Origin: a bacterium
GTDB lineage: Bacteria; UBA8248
NCBI GenBank assembly: GCA_965261085.1
Contig: OZ253442.1
Span: forward strand, 2,784,001 to 2,848,000
Reading direction: 5' to 3'
DNA: 64,000 nt
Shown: one piece after another, positions 1-9,323 of the stretch
How positions within the stretch are numbered: the first letter of the stretch is position 1
Layout of the letters: every line of letters begins with the position of its first letter
Made by a program: the position numbers and the translations under genes
Notes under the pieces: model-generated
Seen by the model: only the letters and a program-made list of their open reading frames with translations
What the model was told of the DNA's origin: nothing
The model's database searches: none

Positions 1-870
1 GAGAATGACCTCGCTGCGCGTGCTTTTTTCCGCCGTGTCCGGGAAATAGCGCTTCAAGAACGCTTCTCCCTCCTGGTTCAGGAATATGGCGCCCGCGTTG
101 ATGAACCCCGTGGGATGGGGAGCGAAGCCGAAAAGCTCCTCTGGCGCGCAGCACATGGCCTGAAAATCGATCATCTCGATGCCGAGGAGAGGAGCGCCCG
201 CCCGGAAGCCCAGCACGTAGCCGTCGCCCGTCACCTGGGGCGGATTGTCGTTCACGTAGAAAAGGCCGCTCCCGCCTCCAGTGGCCAGAATCACCTCGCG
301 CGCAGCGTAGACCATGAGACAACCGCGCGAGTAGTCCACCCCCCAGGCGCCGATGACGCGGCCTTCCTCCATGATGAGATCCACAATAGCCACATGGGGA
401 TGCTGCCCGATGCGGGCGTCGGCCCTGAGCCTCTTCGAGAGCACTTTCGTGATCATGTTGCCCGTGGTGTCGTGGTGGTGCAGGGCGCGGGGATAGGTGT
501 GGCTCGGGAACATCTTGAGGTCGAGATCCCCGTTGTCATCCGTAATGAACTCCGCCCCCCATTCGCGCAGGTCGCGCACGACGTCGATGATGTCGTACAC
601 CCAGGTTTTCGCCAGTTCGGGGTCGATGAGCTCGCCGCCGTATTTGAGGATTTCCTCCAAATGCAGATCCGGGCTGTCTCCAGGGGCCATCGCCGCTGCG
701 AAACCGCCCCTCGCCACGGTCGTCGTGCCGCTCGTGGCCCGACCCTTGGTGGCCTGGATAACACTCACGCCCGCTTGCGCGCACTCGAAGGCGGCCATCG
801 TGCCCGCCGCACCCCCGCCCACGATCAGCACGTCGGTCTCGTGGCGTTCTTCCGCAATGTTTCCCGCCAT
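1..870 (-). CDS. FAD-dependent oxidoreductase, SdhA/FrdA/NadB flavoprotein family (3' end outside window)
   Basis: Not in the ORF track; translated by hand from ATG at 870: MAGNIAEERHETDVLIVGGGAAGTMAA (GxGxxG FAD fold), SGTTTVARGG, VILATGGGSG, TGDGY, IEMIDFQ. AAAGGA SD upstream. Confidence 0.85.
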   Translation of the reverse strand, partial: MAGNIAEERHETDVLIVGGGAAGTMAAFECAQAGVSVIQATKGRATSGTTTVARGGFAAAMAPGDSPDLHLEEILKYGGELIDPELAKTWVYDIIDVVRDLREWGAEFITDDNGDLDLKMFPSHTYPRALHHHDTTGNMITKVLSKRLRADARIGQHPHVAIVDLIMEEGRVIGAWGVDYSRGCLMVYAAREVILATGGGSGLFYVNDNPPQVTGDGYVLGFRAGAPLLGIEMIDFQAMCCAPEELFGFAPHPTGFINAGAIFLNQEGEAFLKRYFPDTAEKSTRSEVIL

Positions 871-974
871 CTGAATCGTCCTTTCGCGCCAATGATTTGG
901 AAAGAATACTGATTATGGAGGGCATCTTAAAACATTTCTGGGCAAAAGACCCACCACGATGGAGGCGTACTGAT

Positions 975-2222
975 TTATACGCTCCGCCCCAGCAACTCGA
1001 TCATCTTATCCGCACACGCATCGGCGAAGTCCGCGTCGTTGATGTGGAGGTCTAGCGTGATGATTTCCCCCGTTTTCAGGTGCTCCTTAAGTGAGGCCGC
1101 AAAGGCGGCGTCCACTTCAGGCTGACGCCAATCTCCCACCTCGCGCCCATCGAGATCGTGGGCCTTTCGCTTCGTGTGCTCGCTGTAGCCTCTCGTGGGT
1201 ATCAGGACAGAGAGAGGCCCTTGGGCGCGGTTGAGCTTTTCCGCCATCAGGACGCCCAGAGCCTCGAACTCCTCCCGGTTGGTGCGCATAAGGAGATTCT
1301 GGGCGTTGTACTGGAAAAACGCTCTTTTTTGATACTTTTCGGGCACCTGCCCCGTCCAGAAATTCGCGTGATCAAGCGCGCCCGGGACGACGACCTGGGG
1401 AATGCCCGCGGCGCCCGCCGCCTCGAGCCTCCCCCCGCCCGCGCTGTAGACGCCGTCCACGTGTAAATCCGTGAGTTCGTGCGTGGTGACGTCCACCACG
1501 CCGGCCAGCTCACCCAGGCCGGCCAGGGATTCGAGCGCACGGCCCCCGGGGCCCGAGGCGTGGAAGAATATGACCTCATAGCCCGCCTCCGTGAGTTTTC
1601 TCTCCACGTGCTCGACGCACGCCGCCGTGCCGCCGAAGGACGACACCCCGATGAGGGGCGGTCCGGAGCGATCGCCCATTACCGCTGCGCCTTCCCGCTT
1701 CACCATTCCCGCGAGAGCAAGGGCGGCGTTTTTCAATACGCCGCGTGTGATGCGATTCAAGGATATATCGCCGATAGAAGGAAACATGATGATGTCGCTC
1801 TCCGCCACATACCATTGCACGGCCGCCGTGGCGGCGACGACACTCACCATCACCTTGGGCGCGAGGGGCGGCAGCACGCGCATGATGGCGCAGGCCATCG
1901 AGGTGCCGTTCGCCCCGCCGAGGCCGACCGCGCCCTGTATTTCACCTTCCTGAAATTTTTCGGCCAGAATCCGCCTGCCGCCTTCCATCATGACTTCAGA
2001 AGCGGCGTTTCTCTCCATGCCGGCCAGCTCTTCCCAACTGCGTCCCGCCGCGGCCGCAACCTCGACCCCGCGGACGTCCCCGCCGCCAGCGTCGTGCGGC
2101 CTGCAGGACAAGTCGACCAGAAGGGAGTTTACACTCGATTCTGCGAGCACATCCGCCAGAAAGCGCGCTTCCGCCCCCTTACTGTCCATCGTCACTAAAA
2201 TCGCCACAGTCGGAATCGACAT
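975..2222 (-). CDS. Tm-1-like ATP-binding domain protein (UPF0261 family)
   Basis: Motifs TMDSKGAE, GLGGANGT, FHASGPGGRALE, DVTTHEL, PGALD, HINDADFA. ATG at 2222 preferred over the upstream TTG at 2240. Confidence 0.85.
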   Translation of the reverse strand: MSIPTVAILVTMDSKGAEARFLADVLAESSVNSLLVDLSCRPHDAGGGDVRGVEVAAAAGRSWEELAGMERNAASEVMMEGGRRILAEKFQEGEIQGAVGLGGANGTSMACAIMRVLPPLAPKVMVSVVAATAAVQWYVAESDIIMFPSIGDISLNRITRGVLKNAALALAGMVKREGAAVMGDRSGPPLIGVSSFGGTAACVEHVERKLTEAGYEVIFFHASGPGGRALESLAGLGELAGVVDVTTHELTDLHVDGVYSAGGGRLEAAGAAGIPQVVVPGALDHANFWTGQVPEKYQKRAFFQYNAQNLLMRTNREEFEALGVLMAEKLNRAQGPLSVLIPTRGYSEHTKRKAHDLDGREVGDWRQPEVDAAFAASLKEHLKTGEIITLDLHINDADFADACADKMIELLGRSV

Positions 2223-2280
2223 TTTCCCCTTACCTGACAAAATTTGCCTTCTCTAAGATTACGCCCGACGCACCTGCGCC

Positions 2281-3135
2281 CTATTTCCGCAACCGAACCG
2301 ACTTGAAGCCCTGCGCCGCCTTGGGCACCGCATCCTCCACTGGAAAACGCTCGGCGGAGGAGCCGCCCACATAGCCATCGAATCGGCTCTCCAAATCGAG
2401 CAGCCGCTCGAAGTCAGCGGGGGTTTCGATTGCGCCCCCGTGGCAGGTGAAGATTCTCTCTTCATATTTCGGCAAAAGGGCGTCGAAGATGGCTGCCGCC
2501 CTTTGAGCGGCATCATCGAGCGGCATCACCGTCTTGGAACCGATGGAGCCGCCCGAGCTGTTCCCGAAATGGATGATGATGTTGTCCACGCCCGCTTCCG
2601 CCATGGCGAGGGCCTCATCCGGCGTGGTCGTAAAAGCTTTGGTGAACATGCCCTTGCGGCTCGCGTATCCCAAAACATCGACTTCTCTGGAAAAGCCCAT
2701 ACCGGTTTCTTCCAGGTCTTTTCTGAAATTTCCATCGATCAGGGCGACCGTGGGGCAGTTCATCACCCCGTGGAAACCGGCCGCATCGATTCTGTCCACG
2801 AATGTGAACATGTTCCTTGTGGGGTCTGTCCCCAGAAGGCCCGCTACCACGGGACACTCCCTCACCACGTTCAAGATGGAGCGCTCGCCCAGTTCGAGCG
2901 TGATGGCGTTCGCGTCTCCGATGGGCAGGTAGCCCGCCATCGAACTCAGGCCCTGCATCCGGTAGTAGGCTAGATTGAAGGTGGTGACGAGATCCGCACC
3001 ACCTCGGGCGGCGAATTTCGCCGTGATGCCGCTTCCGCACAGGGCGTCGTAGACAGCGCGTCCGGAGTCCCTCTCGGCCTGCAGGCGGGCTACGATTTCA
3101 TCCCTGGATAGACTCATAATGGAATTAACCTCCAA
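2281..3135 (-). CDS. Phosphoenolpyruvate hydrolase-like TIM-barrel protein
   Basis: GSGITAKFAARGGADL, YYRMQGLSSMAGYLP, NCPTVALIDGNFRKDLEETGMGF, CHGG, GGSSAER. This family is commonly paired with Tm-1-like genes. The start may be the internal Met (MSLSRDE). Confidence 0.85.
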   Translation of the reverse strand: MEVNSIMSLSRDEIVARLQAERDSGRAVYDALCGSGITAKFAARGGADLVTTFNLAYYRMQGLSSMAGYLPIGDANAITLELGERSILNVVRECPVVAGLLGTDPTRNMFTFVDRIDAAGFHGVMNCPTVALIDGNFRKDLEETGMGFSREVDVLGYASRKGMFTKAFTTTPDEALAMAEAGVDNIIIHFGNSSGGSIGSKTVMPLDDAAQRAAAIFDALLPKYEERIFTCHGGAIETPADFERLLDLESRFDGYVGGSSAERFPVEDAVPKAAQGFKSVRLRK

Positions 3136-3342
3136 GTATCAATAATTTAGATGCCATTTTCGAGAGGCTACTCAATATGTCACCACACAAGCGCTTATGA
3201 AAAATAGGCGTATCTCGCGCCAGTAGTATTTTCCACTTGATACCATGTCTGTCTTTGTGTGAGAATAGAGGCATAAAAAGTAGGCGATGTATCGCCTTCA
3301 AAATCATATTGTTCCAAGGATAAGTTCTCGTGGTCCCGTCCG

Positions 3343-3382
3343 CCCGAGCCGCTCCGTCCCGATTGGGGTGGAGCGGCTCGGG
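3343..3382. repeat. GC-rich inverted repeat (13-bp perfect stem); possible terminator or REP-like element downstream of the MoxR cluster
   Basis: CCCGAGCCGCTCC (3343-3355) and GGAGCGGCTCGGG (3370-3382). No clear U-tract. Confidence 0.55.
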
Positions 3383-3453
3383 GCCACATTAATCCATCGA
3401 GGGGCATGATCCGAACCGCATGAGAGAAGGCTCGGAGAAATCTCCGGCATCCT

Positions 3454-5586
3454 TCAAGTCCTGTCCGCCAGGAACGCCTCGGCGACGAATATCCCTCCCA
3501 GCACGAGAAAAAGAAGCGCGCCTAAGTCGATGAGCCTTAGAATCGAACGCAGCGGATCCGAATCGTTCGCTGGTAAATCGCGCACGTCGAGTTTCTCGAA
3601 TTTTTCCTTGAACGTGCTCATCTCCACGGGGGCGATTTTCGCCTCAGATGCCGGCGCGTTCACGGCCACGAAATGCTTTTCATCGGGCGTGAACACGCGA
3701 TAGAAGCCCGCGCGATAAGCATCCCGGTAGTAGGCGACGGCGCCGCCGCTTCCCGCCTTGCCCAGCCTGAGCCCATCAGCGGGCGCGGCTTCTAAGTCCG
3801 GTGCTTTTTCCATGAATTGAATCGCGCGTTCTTCCTGAGCCGGCCCGCGTATCTGTATCGCCTCCCCGGCACGCCGGATGGGCGCCCTGATTTCAAACGC
3901 CTCCCCCGCATCAGAAGACGAGGATATGCCCTTTCGGGTGCCACCCAGAAAATCTGAAACCCCTCTCATGAACGGCACGAAAACAGGCCGCACGGCGAGG
4001 TCTGCCCAATCACGATCACACGTGGAGCCCCACACCATCACCTGTCCTGAACCCACCGAACCAACCACCAGGGCGGGAGTGCCGTCTGGAAGCTCCAGTA
4101 AAGTCCGTCCACCTCTCGCAGGCTCAAGTGGCGTGATGCGGGCCAGACGCAAGGCGGAGAAAAACCGCCCGCCGTTCACCCCCAGCAAAGAGAAGGCCGG
4201 GTGTGCTTCTTCGCCCTGCGCGATCTTGAGGTTTCGGGACGGGCGCAGCGTTACGGGTCCTCCCGGCGTGGCCGGCAACCAGCCGAGCCCCGCGGCCTTT
4301 TCGCTCGACAACTCGCCCGTGGCCCAGAAAAGACCGCCGCCTTTTTCGACGAAACTCCTCAACCCCTGCCTGCCCTGCTCGGACCAGCGGCCCAGGTTGC
4401 AGGCGATGACGTAGTCGTACTCGTCCCATTGCACGTTGTTCAGTTCATACGACGCCACGACGCGCGTAAGCACCGGGGATTCTCCGCCCAGAGGGGCCGC
4501 GCTCAGGGCATTGACGATGAAAAAGGTCTCGCTGTCCTGGAGCCCGCGCTTTGGATCCCCATCAATGACCAGAGCGCGCAGACGCTTTCCGATGCCTGCC
4601 GCAAAGTAGAATCGGTTCGTCGTGGAGAGGTTATCCGCCGGCAACTGGAGGCGTCCGTAGAGCAGGCCCTTTTCAGGCGCGTTCACCCGAAAACTCACGG
4701 GACTCGTCCCGTTCGGCTCAATGTCCACTTCTAGCGTTTCCTGCAGTTCTTCGCCCACGAACAACTGCACGGGCACTTTGGATTTCTTCTCCTCACCCCG
4801 GTTGAAAACGCGCACGCCGATGGTGAAGGAAAAACCCGCCTTGGGGGGCCAGGGCTTCATCTTCACATCCTGGAGGCTCACATCCTCCACCCCCGCCTCG
4901 GGAGCCACACGCACGAACTGCAGATGCGCATGCGGGTTCCATTGCTTGAGATTGCGAATCTGAAACGACTCCCAATCACCTCGGGCGAAGTCGCTGAAAA
5001 CGACGATGCTTCTCCGCCCAGCCTTGGGCGATGCGTTCTCGAGCGCATGCTGGACGACACGAGCCGGCGTACCCTTGCCGTCGGTCTGGCCGATTCCCTC
5101 AAGCGCCGCCAGAGCGTCCTTTCGCTTCAATTCCTTCAGCGGAACGGTAAGAGATTCACCGACGGTCGTCGCGATGCTCATGCGATCCGAATCGGACATG
5201 TCCTCTATCATCCGCTTCACGGCGCGCCTGGCCACGTCGAAACGACTGCCCTTTGCGGTGGAAAACGCCATGCTCGCCGAGTTGTCGATCACGGCGACGG
5301 TGTGGGCGGGAAACCAACCGCCGCTCGACACGCCTCCTTCGGTCGCCAGGAGAGGGCGCGACGCCAGGAAGATGACGATTCCCACGGCGCACACCCGCAA
5401 AAACAGGAGTATCCAGTTTCTGAGCCTGCTGCGATTCGTGATGCGGCGTTGTGTTCTGAGCAGGAACTCGAAAGTGGGGAGCCGGTACCTGCGGACGAGG
5501 CGCCTCCTCAGCAGGTGAATCAGGATGGGCAGAAAAACGAGTCCCATCCCCCAAAGAAGCGCGCCGTGTAAAAATTGAAAATCCAA
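3454..5586 (-). CDS. BatA N-terminal double-TM / vWA / CARDB-like / GATase-like membrane protein
   Basis: N-terminal LPILIHLL..RR..FPTFEFL..LLFLR BatA signature, MIDAS DNSAS, VFSDF, Ig-like segment, FVEKGGGL GATase1-like region, C-terminal TM. Confidence 0.8.
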   Translation of the reverse strand: MDFQFLHGALLWGMGLVFLPILIHLLRRRLVRRYRLPTFEFLLRTQRRITNRSRLRNWILLFLRVCAVGIVIFLASRPLLATEGGVSSGGWFPAHTVAVIDNSASMAFSTAKGSRFDVARRAVKRMIEDMSDSDRMSIATTVGESLTVPLKELKRKDALAALEGIGQTDGKGTPARVVQHALENASPKAGRRSIVVFSDFARGDWESFQIRNLKQWNPHAHLQFVRVAPEAGVEDVSLQDVKMKPWPPKAGFSFTIGVRVFNRGEEKKSKVPVQLFVGEELQETLEVDIEPNGTSPVSFRVNAPEKGLLYGRLQLPADNLSTTNRFYFAAGIGKRLRALVIDGDPKRGLQDSETFFIVNALSAAPLGGESPVLTRVVASYELNNVQWDEYDYVIACNLGRWSEQGRQGLRSFVEKGGGLFWATGELSSEKAAGLGWLPATPGGPVTLRPSRNLKIAQGEEAHPAFSLLGVNGGRFFSALRLARITPLEPARGGRTLLELPDGTPALVVGSVGSGQVMVWGSTCDRDWADLAVRPVFVPFMRGVSDFLGGTRKGISSSSDAGEAFEIRAPIRRAGEAIQIRGPAQEERAIQFMEKAPDLEAAPADGLRLGKAGSGGAVAYYRDAYRAGFYRVFTPDEKHFVAVNAPASEAKIAPVEMSTFKEKFEKLDVRDLPANDSDPLRSILRLIDLGALLFLVLGGIFVAEAFLADRT

Positions 5587-5610
5587 GTTCGCCTTCTCCC
5601 AAACGCCTCG

Positions 5611-6504
5611 CTACACCTTCGAGCGGCTGCGCCACGCCAGAAAGCGGATGAGGCCCCTGTCCAGCGGCTCGGCCGTCGAGATGAGATGATAGTCCACCCC
5701 TATATCCGCACATCGCTCGCGCGTTTGCTCCAGAAACTCTTCCAAAAGTCCGAGGTAGGGCCGCTTCACCACCTCGCATTCCACCGTGATGTTCCTGTCC
5801 GTCTCGACGTCATCCACCCTGGCGAGACCCTCGAAAGGAAAATCGAGTTCCATGCTGTCGAGAATGTGGAAGACGATGACGTCGTTTCCCTTCAGACACA
5901 GCAGTTTGAGCGCTTTTTCCACGCTTTCGGGGTCATCGAGCAGATCGGAAACGATGATGACGAGTCCCCTTCGCTTCAGGCGCTCCGCCAGGGCGAGCAT
6001 CGAGCGGGCGATTCCGGTTCCCCCGCCGGGCGTGGCCGCCTGAAGGCCCGCCAAAAGGACCAGGAGGTGTCTCTTGACGGCCTTGGGCGGGACCTGCGTA
6101 TCTTCCGCATCATGGGAAATCACCAAGCCCACCGAATCGGACTGACCCAGCAGCAAGTGCGCCATCGCTGAGGAGAGCGTGGCAGCATATCCCCACTTGC
6201 TCAGGGGACCATCCCCGAAATCCATCGAAGCGCTGGCGTCGATGACGAGATGCGCGTAGAGGTTCGTCTCATCCTCATATTGTTTCACAAGGTAGCGGTC
6301 GAATTTCCCGTAAGCTTTCCAGTCGATGTGCCGGAGTTCATCGCCCGGGCTGTACGCCCTGTGTTCCTCGAAATCGACGCTGAAGCCCCGTGAACGGCTC
6401 CTGTGCACGCCGCTCATCAAGCCCTCGACCACGTGGTGGGCCCGTAGCTGGAGATTGGATAATCGTGAGATGACGACGGGGTCGAAATACAGATCCGAGT
6501 TCAA
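5611..6504 (-). CDS. DUF58 family vWA-like protein (MoxR partner)
   Basis: GVHRSRSRGFSVDFEEHRAYSPGDELRHIDWKAYGK, DASASM, IIVSDL. The start is moved to TTG 6504 because the longer ORF overlaps moxR. Confidence 0.9.
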   Translation of the reverse strand: MNSDLYFDPVVISRLSNLQLRAHHVVEGLMSGVHRSRSRGFSVDFEEHRAYSPGDELRHIDWKAYGKFDRYLVKQYEDETNLYAHLVIDASASMDFGDGPLSKWGYAATLSSAMAHLLLGQSDSVGLVISHDAEDTQVPPKAVKRHLLVLLAGLQAATPGGGTGIARSMLALAERLKRRGLVIIVSDLLDDPESVEKALKLLCLKGNDVIVFHILDSMELDFPFEGLARVDDVETDRNITVECEVVKRPYLGLLEEFLEQTRERCADIGVDYHLISTAEPLDRGLIRFLAWRSRSKV

Positions 6505-6527
6505 AGCGATCCCCTTAGAGGAGGCGT

Positions 6528-7580
6528 CTACGCGGCTTCGGTGGCCTCCGCCGGGGGCGCGACGGTCTCGAGCAGTTGCCGTATCAGGGATACGGAACCA
6601 TGACCTTCCGCCTGACCGCGGAAGTTCACCAGAATCCGGTGCCGCAGTACGGGTTCGGCCAACGCCCGCACGTCCTCGATGGTGGCCGCGTAGCGTCCCC
6701 GGAGCAGCGCCCGCGCCCGCGCCCCCAGAATCAGATACTGACTCGCCCTCGGCCCCGCGCCCCACTCCACATAATGGCGAACAAAATCCGGAGCCGTTTC
6801 ATCGTCGGGGCGGGATGCGCGCGCGAGTGACACCGCGTATTCCACCACGTAAGGAGCCGCAGGCACACGCCGCACCAATCCCTGAAACGCCAGAATCTGC
6901 TCGTTGTCCATAATCTCTTCGAGCTTCGGGTCATAGTTCGAGGTCGTTTGCGCGACGATCTCCTTCTCCTCCGCGAGGCTGGGATACGACACCCCTATCT
7001 CGAACATGAACCTGTCCAACTGCGCTTCGGGCAGCGGGTATGTGCCTTCCTGCTCCACGGGGTTCTGGGTCGCGAGAACGAAAAACGGCGGATTCAGATA
7101 GTGCGTCTGCCCACCGGCCGTCACGTGCAGTTCCTGCATGGCCTGCAAAAGGGCCGCCTGCGTTTTGGGTGAAGTGCGGTTGATCTCATCCGCCAGTAAA
7201 ATCTGGGTGAAAATAGGTCCCCGAATGAAGCGAAAAGAGCGTCTCCCCTCGGTGGTGTCGTCCAGTATGTCCGTACCCGTGATGTCCGAGGGCATCAGAT
7301 CGGGCGTGAACTGGATGCGGTTGAAATCGAGCCGCAACACGCGTGCCAGAGTGCGTATGAGCAAGGTTTTCGCCAGACCCGGCACGCCGACCAGAAGAGA
7401 GTGGCCTTTAGAAAGCAGGGCTATCAGAACCAGATCGATGACCTCCGCCTGACCGACGATGATCTTGTGCACCTGCTCCAGTATGGCGTCGCGCTTCAGG
7501 CCGATCTCGCGAGCTAGCTCCACGTCCATCTCGCTCATGTTCGATTCTTCGTTTCTTACTTCATCTGTCACGTCGTTCAT
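6528..7580 (-). CDS. moxR: MoxR family AAA+ ATPase
   Basis: Walker [24 protein letters not shown], Walker [38 protein letters not shown]. Confidence 0.95.
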   Translation of the reverse strand: MNDVTDEVRNEESNMSEMDVELAREIGLKRDAILEQVHKIIVGQAEVIDLVLIALLSKGHSLLVGVPGLAKTLLIRTLARVLRLDFNRIQFTPDLMPSDITGTDILDDTTEGRRSFRFIRGPIFTQILLADEINRTSPKTQAALLQAMQELHVTAGGQTHYLNPPFFVLATQNPVEQEGTYPLPEAQLDRFMFEIGVSYPSLAEEKEIVAQTTSNYDPKLEEIMDNEQILAFQGLVRRVPAAPYVVEYAVSLARASRPDDETAPDFVRHYVEWGAGPRASQYLILGARARALLRGRYAATIEDVRALAEPVLRHRILVNFRGQAEGHGSVSLIRQLLETVAPPAEATEAA

Positions 7581-7598
7581 TGCGTATCGCCTCTAGAT

Positions 7599-9323
7599 TT
7601 AGCGGGACGTAATGGCGCGAAGCACCTCACGCTCTTGCTTCGCTTTTTCCGCCTCGCCCGTTCTTTCGTAATGCGCCAGCAGGCGCTCATGAACCACACG
7701 AATGAAGGGATTGATCTGCAACACCTCCTCCCACGCCCGGAGTGCGCGATCCGACTTCCCACCCATCTCGCTCACCAGCGCAAGATGCACGTGCGTCATC
7801 GCGTAGTCCGGGTCCACCTCCAACGCTTTTTGAATGTGGCGCTCGGCCTGGGGAATCATGCCCAGATGTATCTCGACCTGGACCGCGCGGTTGAGCAGGG
7901 GCTGGGAGTGCGGCTCATTGCGCAGGGCGCGGCTATATTCGATCAGCGCCGCCCGCATTCTTCCCCGGAACGAAAGTCTGTCGCCCAGCCTCATGCGCCT
8001 TCTGGCCACGGCGCTCTTGAGCGCGGCCAGATCGATCGAACGCTCGTTCATCGGACCTTTGGGCTTGAGCTTCGGCAACGTGACCTGCGAACCCGCATGC
8101 GCGCGGAGTGGGAGTCTTTTGAGATCTTCTATCCAGAGCTTCTCGAACCCGCCCAAGTCGACTCCGGCGACCAATTGAAGCCCCGGCTCCGCGCTTTGGG
8201 GCGGACCGGTGGCCTCGAGTTCAACGAGACTCGCCCGTCTTCGGTAGCGGACCCCGGGCTTTTCATCCCCGGGAGCCGGCGCTCTCTGTGGCCCTTGCGC
8301 GGGCGAGCCGTTCCGGATGCCCGACAGCAGGCGGATGAGCGCGTCCTCACCCATTTTGCGGTGGATGAAATCCACGGCCGAAGCCGCTTCCGCGTAGGCC
8401 AGGTGCACCTCCTGCGGCGTATCGAGATAAATGAGGCTCGGCTCCATTTTCTTGAACGGAACATAGTTGCTCGTCTCTCTGGCCTTGTACAGCAAGGCCT
8501 CCTCACCCGGGTGGAGATAGCTTTCCAGCGCCTTACCCTGCCATTTTTTCTCCAGATACTTGGCGATTCCCTCGTGCAGCCATATGGGAGCGCGGTTTCT
8601 CGTCGCCAGGACAATGAGGTAGTGGACATACTCGTGCGCCGCGGTGTCGAGCCATCGATAGCCCCGCAGGAGCGCGCCGGGGGATAAAAACATCACCTTG
8701 TTGAATTTGCAGACCCCGACCGCGCCTTTCTCCTCGATATCGCGTCTCGAGAGTGTGGATGAACGATGAAAACGGGTCGAATCCGAGAAAAGCTCCACAC
8801 GAATCCGGGCCTTGGGCCGCACGCCCAATTCCTCTCCGTAGCGCGCATAAGCCTTCTCCAGCGTACTGCCCAGATAGGGCAGCAAAACGGCGTCTTCCCC
8901 CGGCTCGTACCAGATGTCGAAATGCTCCGTCTTATGGGCCTTGAACCCTTTCAGAGCCGTTTGCGTCTGGCGCACGTGGAGCCTCAGTTCGAGCCATTCG
9001 CTGTCTCCCGGCCGTTTCTTGAGCGCCGCGTTAAGATTGGCGAGCGATTCGGAATACCTGCCTTCCAGATAATCCGCGGCCCCCGAGAGCGCCCGCCACT
9101 CCGCCGAGCCGGGGGACTTGGCCTCGAGCGATTCGATTTTTTTTCTCGCGTCCGTGAGATTCCACGCCCGAAGCTCATCCACCACCGCACGATAGCCATC
9201 GGGCCGCTCCACGGCCTGGGAGAGTGGCACCGCGCGATTGACGGTATGCGCCCATGCGGGCAGGGCCAAGGTCGCACCCAAGCAAGCGCAAACGAAGCCT
9301 GCAAGAAATTTTTTGAGCATCAT
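7599..9323 (-). CDS. Secreted TPR-repeat protein with a peptidase MA-like (gluzincin) zinc domain
   Basis: Signal peptide ending AWA, HEYVH plus downstream WLHEGIAKY zinc ligand, N- and C-terminal TPR-like helices. Confidence 0.8.
   Translation of the reverse strand: MMLKKFLAGFVCACLGATLALPAWAHTVNRAVPLSQAVERPDGYRAVVDELRAWNLTDARKKIESLEAKSPGSAEWRALSGAADYLEGRYSESLANLNAALKKRPGDSEWLELRLHVRQTQTALKGFKAHKTEHFDIWYEPGEDAVLLPYLGSTLEKAYARYGEELGVRPKARIRVELFSDSTRFHRSSTLSRRDIEEKGAVGVCKFNKVMFLSPGALLRGYRWLDTAAHEYVHYLIVLATRNRAPIWLHEGIAKYLEKKWQGKALESYLHPGEEALLYKARETSNYVPFKKMEPSLIYLDTPQEVHLAYAEAASAVDFIHRKMGEDALIRLLSGIRNGSPAQGPQRAPAPGDEKPGVRYRRRASLVELEATGPPQSAEPGLQLVAGVDLGGFEKLWIEDLKRLPLRAHAGSQVTLPKLKPKGPMNERSIDLAALKSAVARRRMRLGDRLSFRGRMRAALIEYSRALRNEPHSQPLLNRAVQVEIHLGMIPQAERHIQKALEVDPDYAMTHVHLALVSEMGGKSDRALRAWEEVLQINPFIRVVHERLLAHYERTGEAEKAKQEREVLRAITSR

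Noticed and set aside
115-912. 265-aa plus-strand ORF
   Set aside because: It is the antisense shadow of the flavoprotein gene, which the track missed because it runs off the window.
3208-3222. Sigma54 promoter (TGGCGC-N-ACGC, minus strand) upstream of the TIM-barrel gene
   Set aside because: The GG-N10-GC spacing fits, but the -12 element lacks TTGC and no activator gene is nearby.
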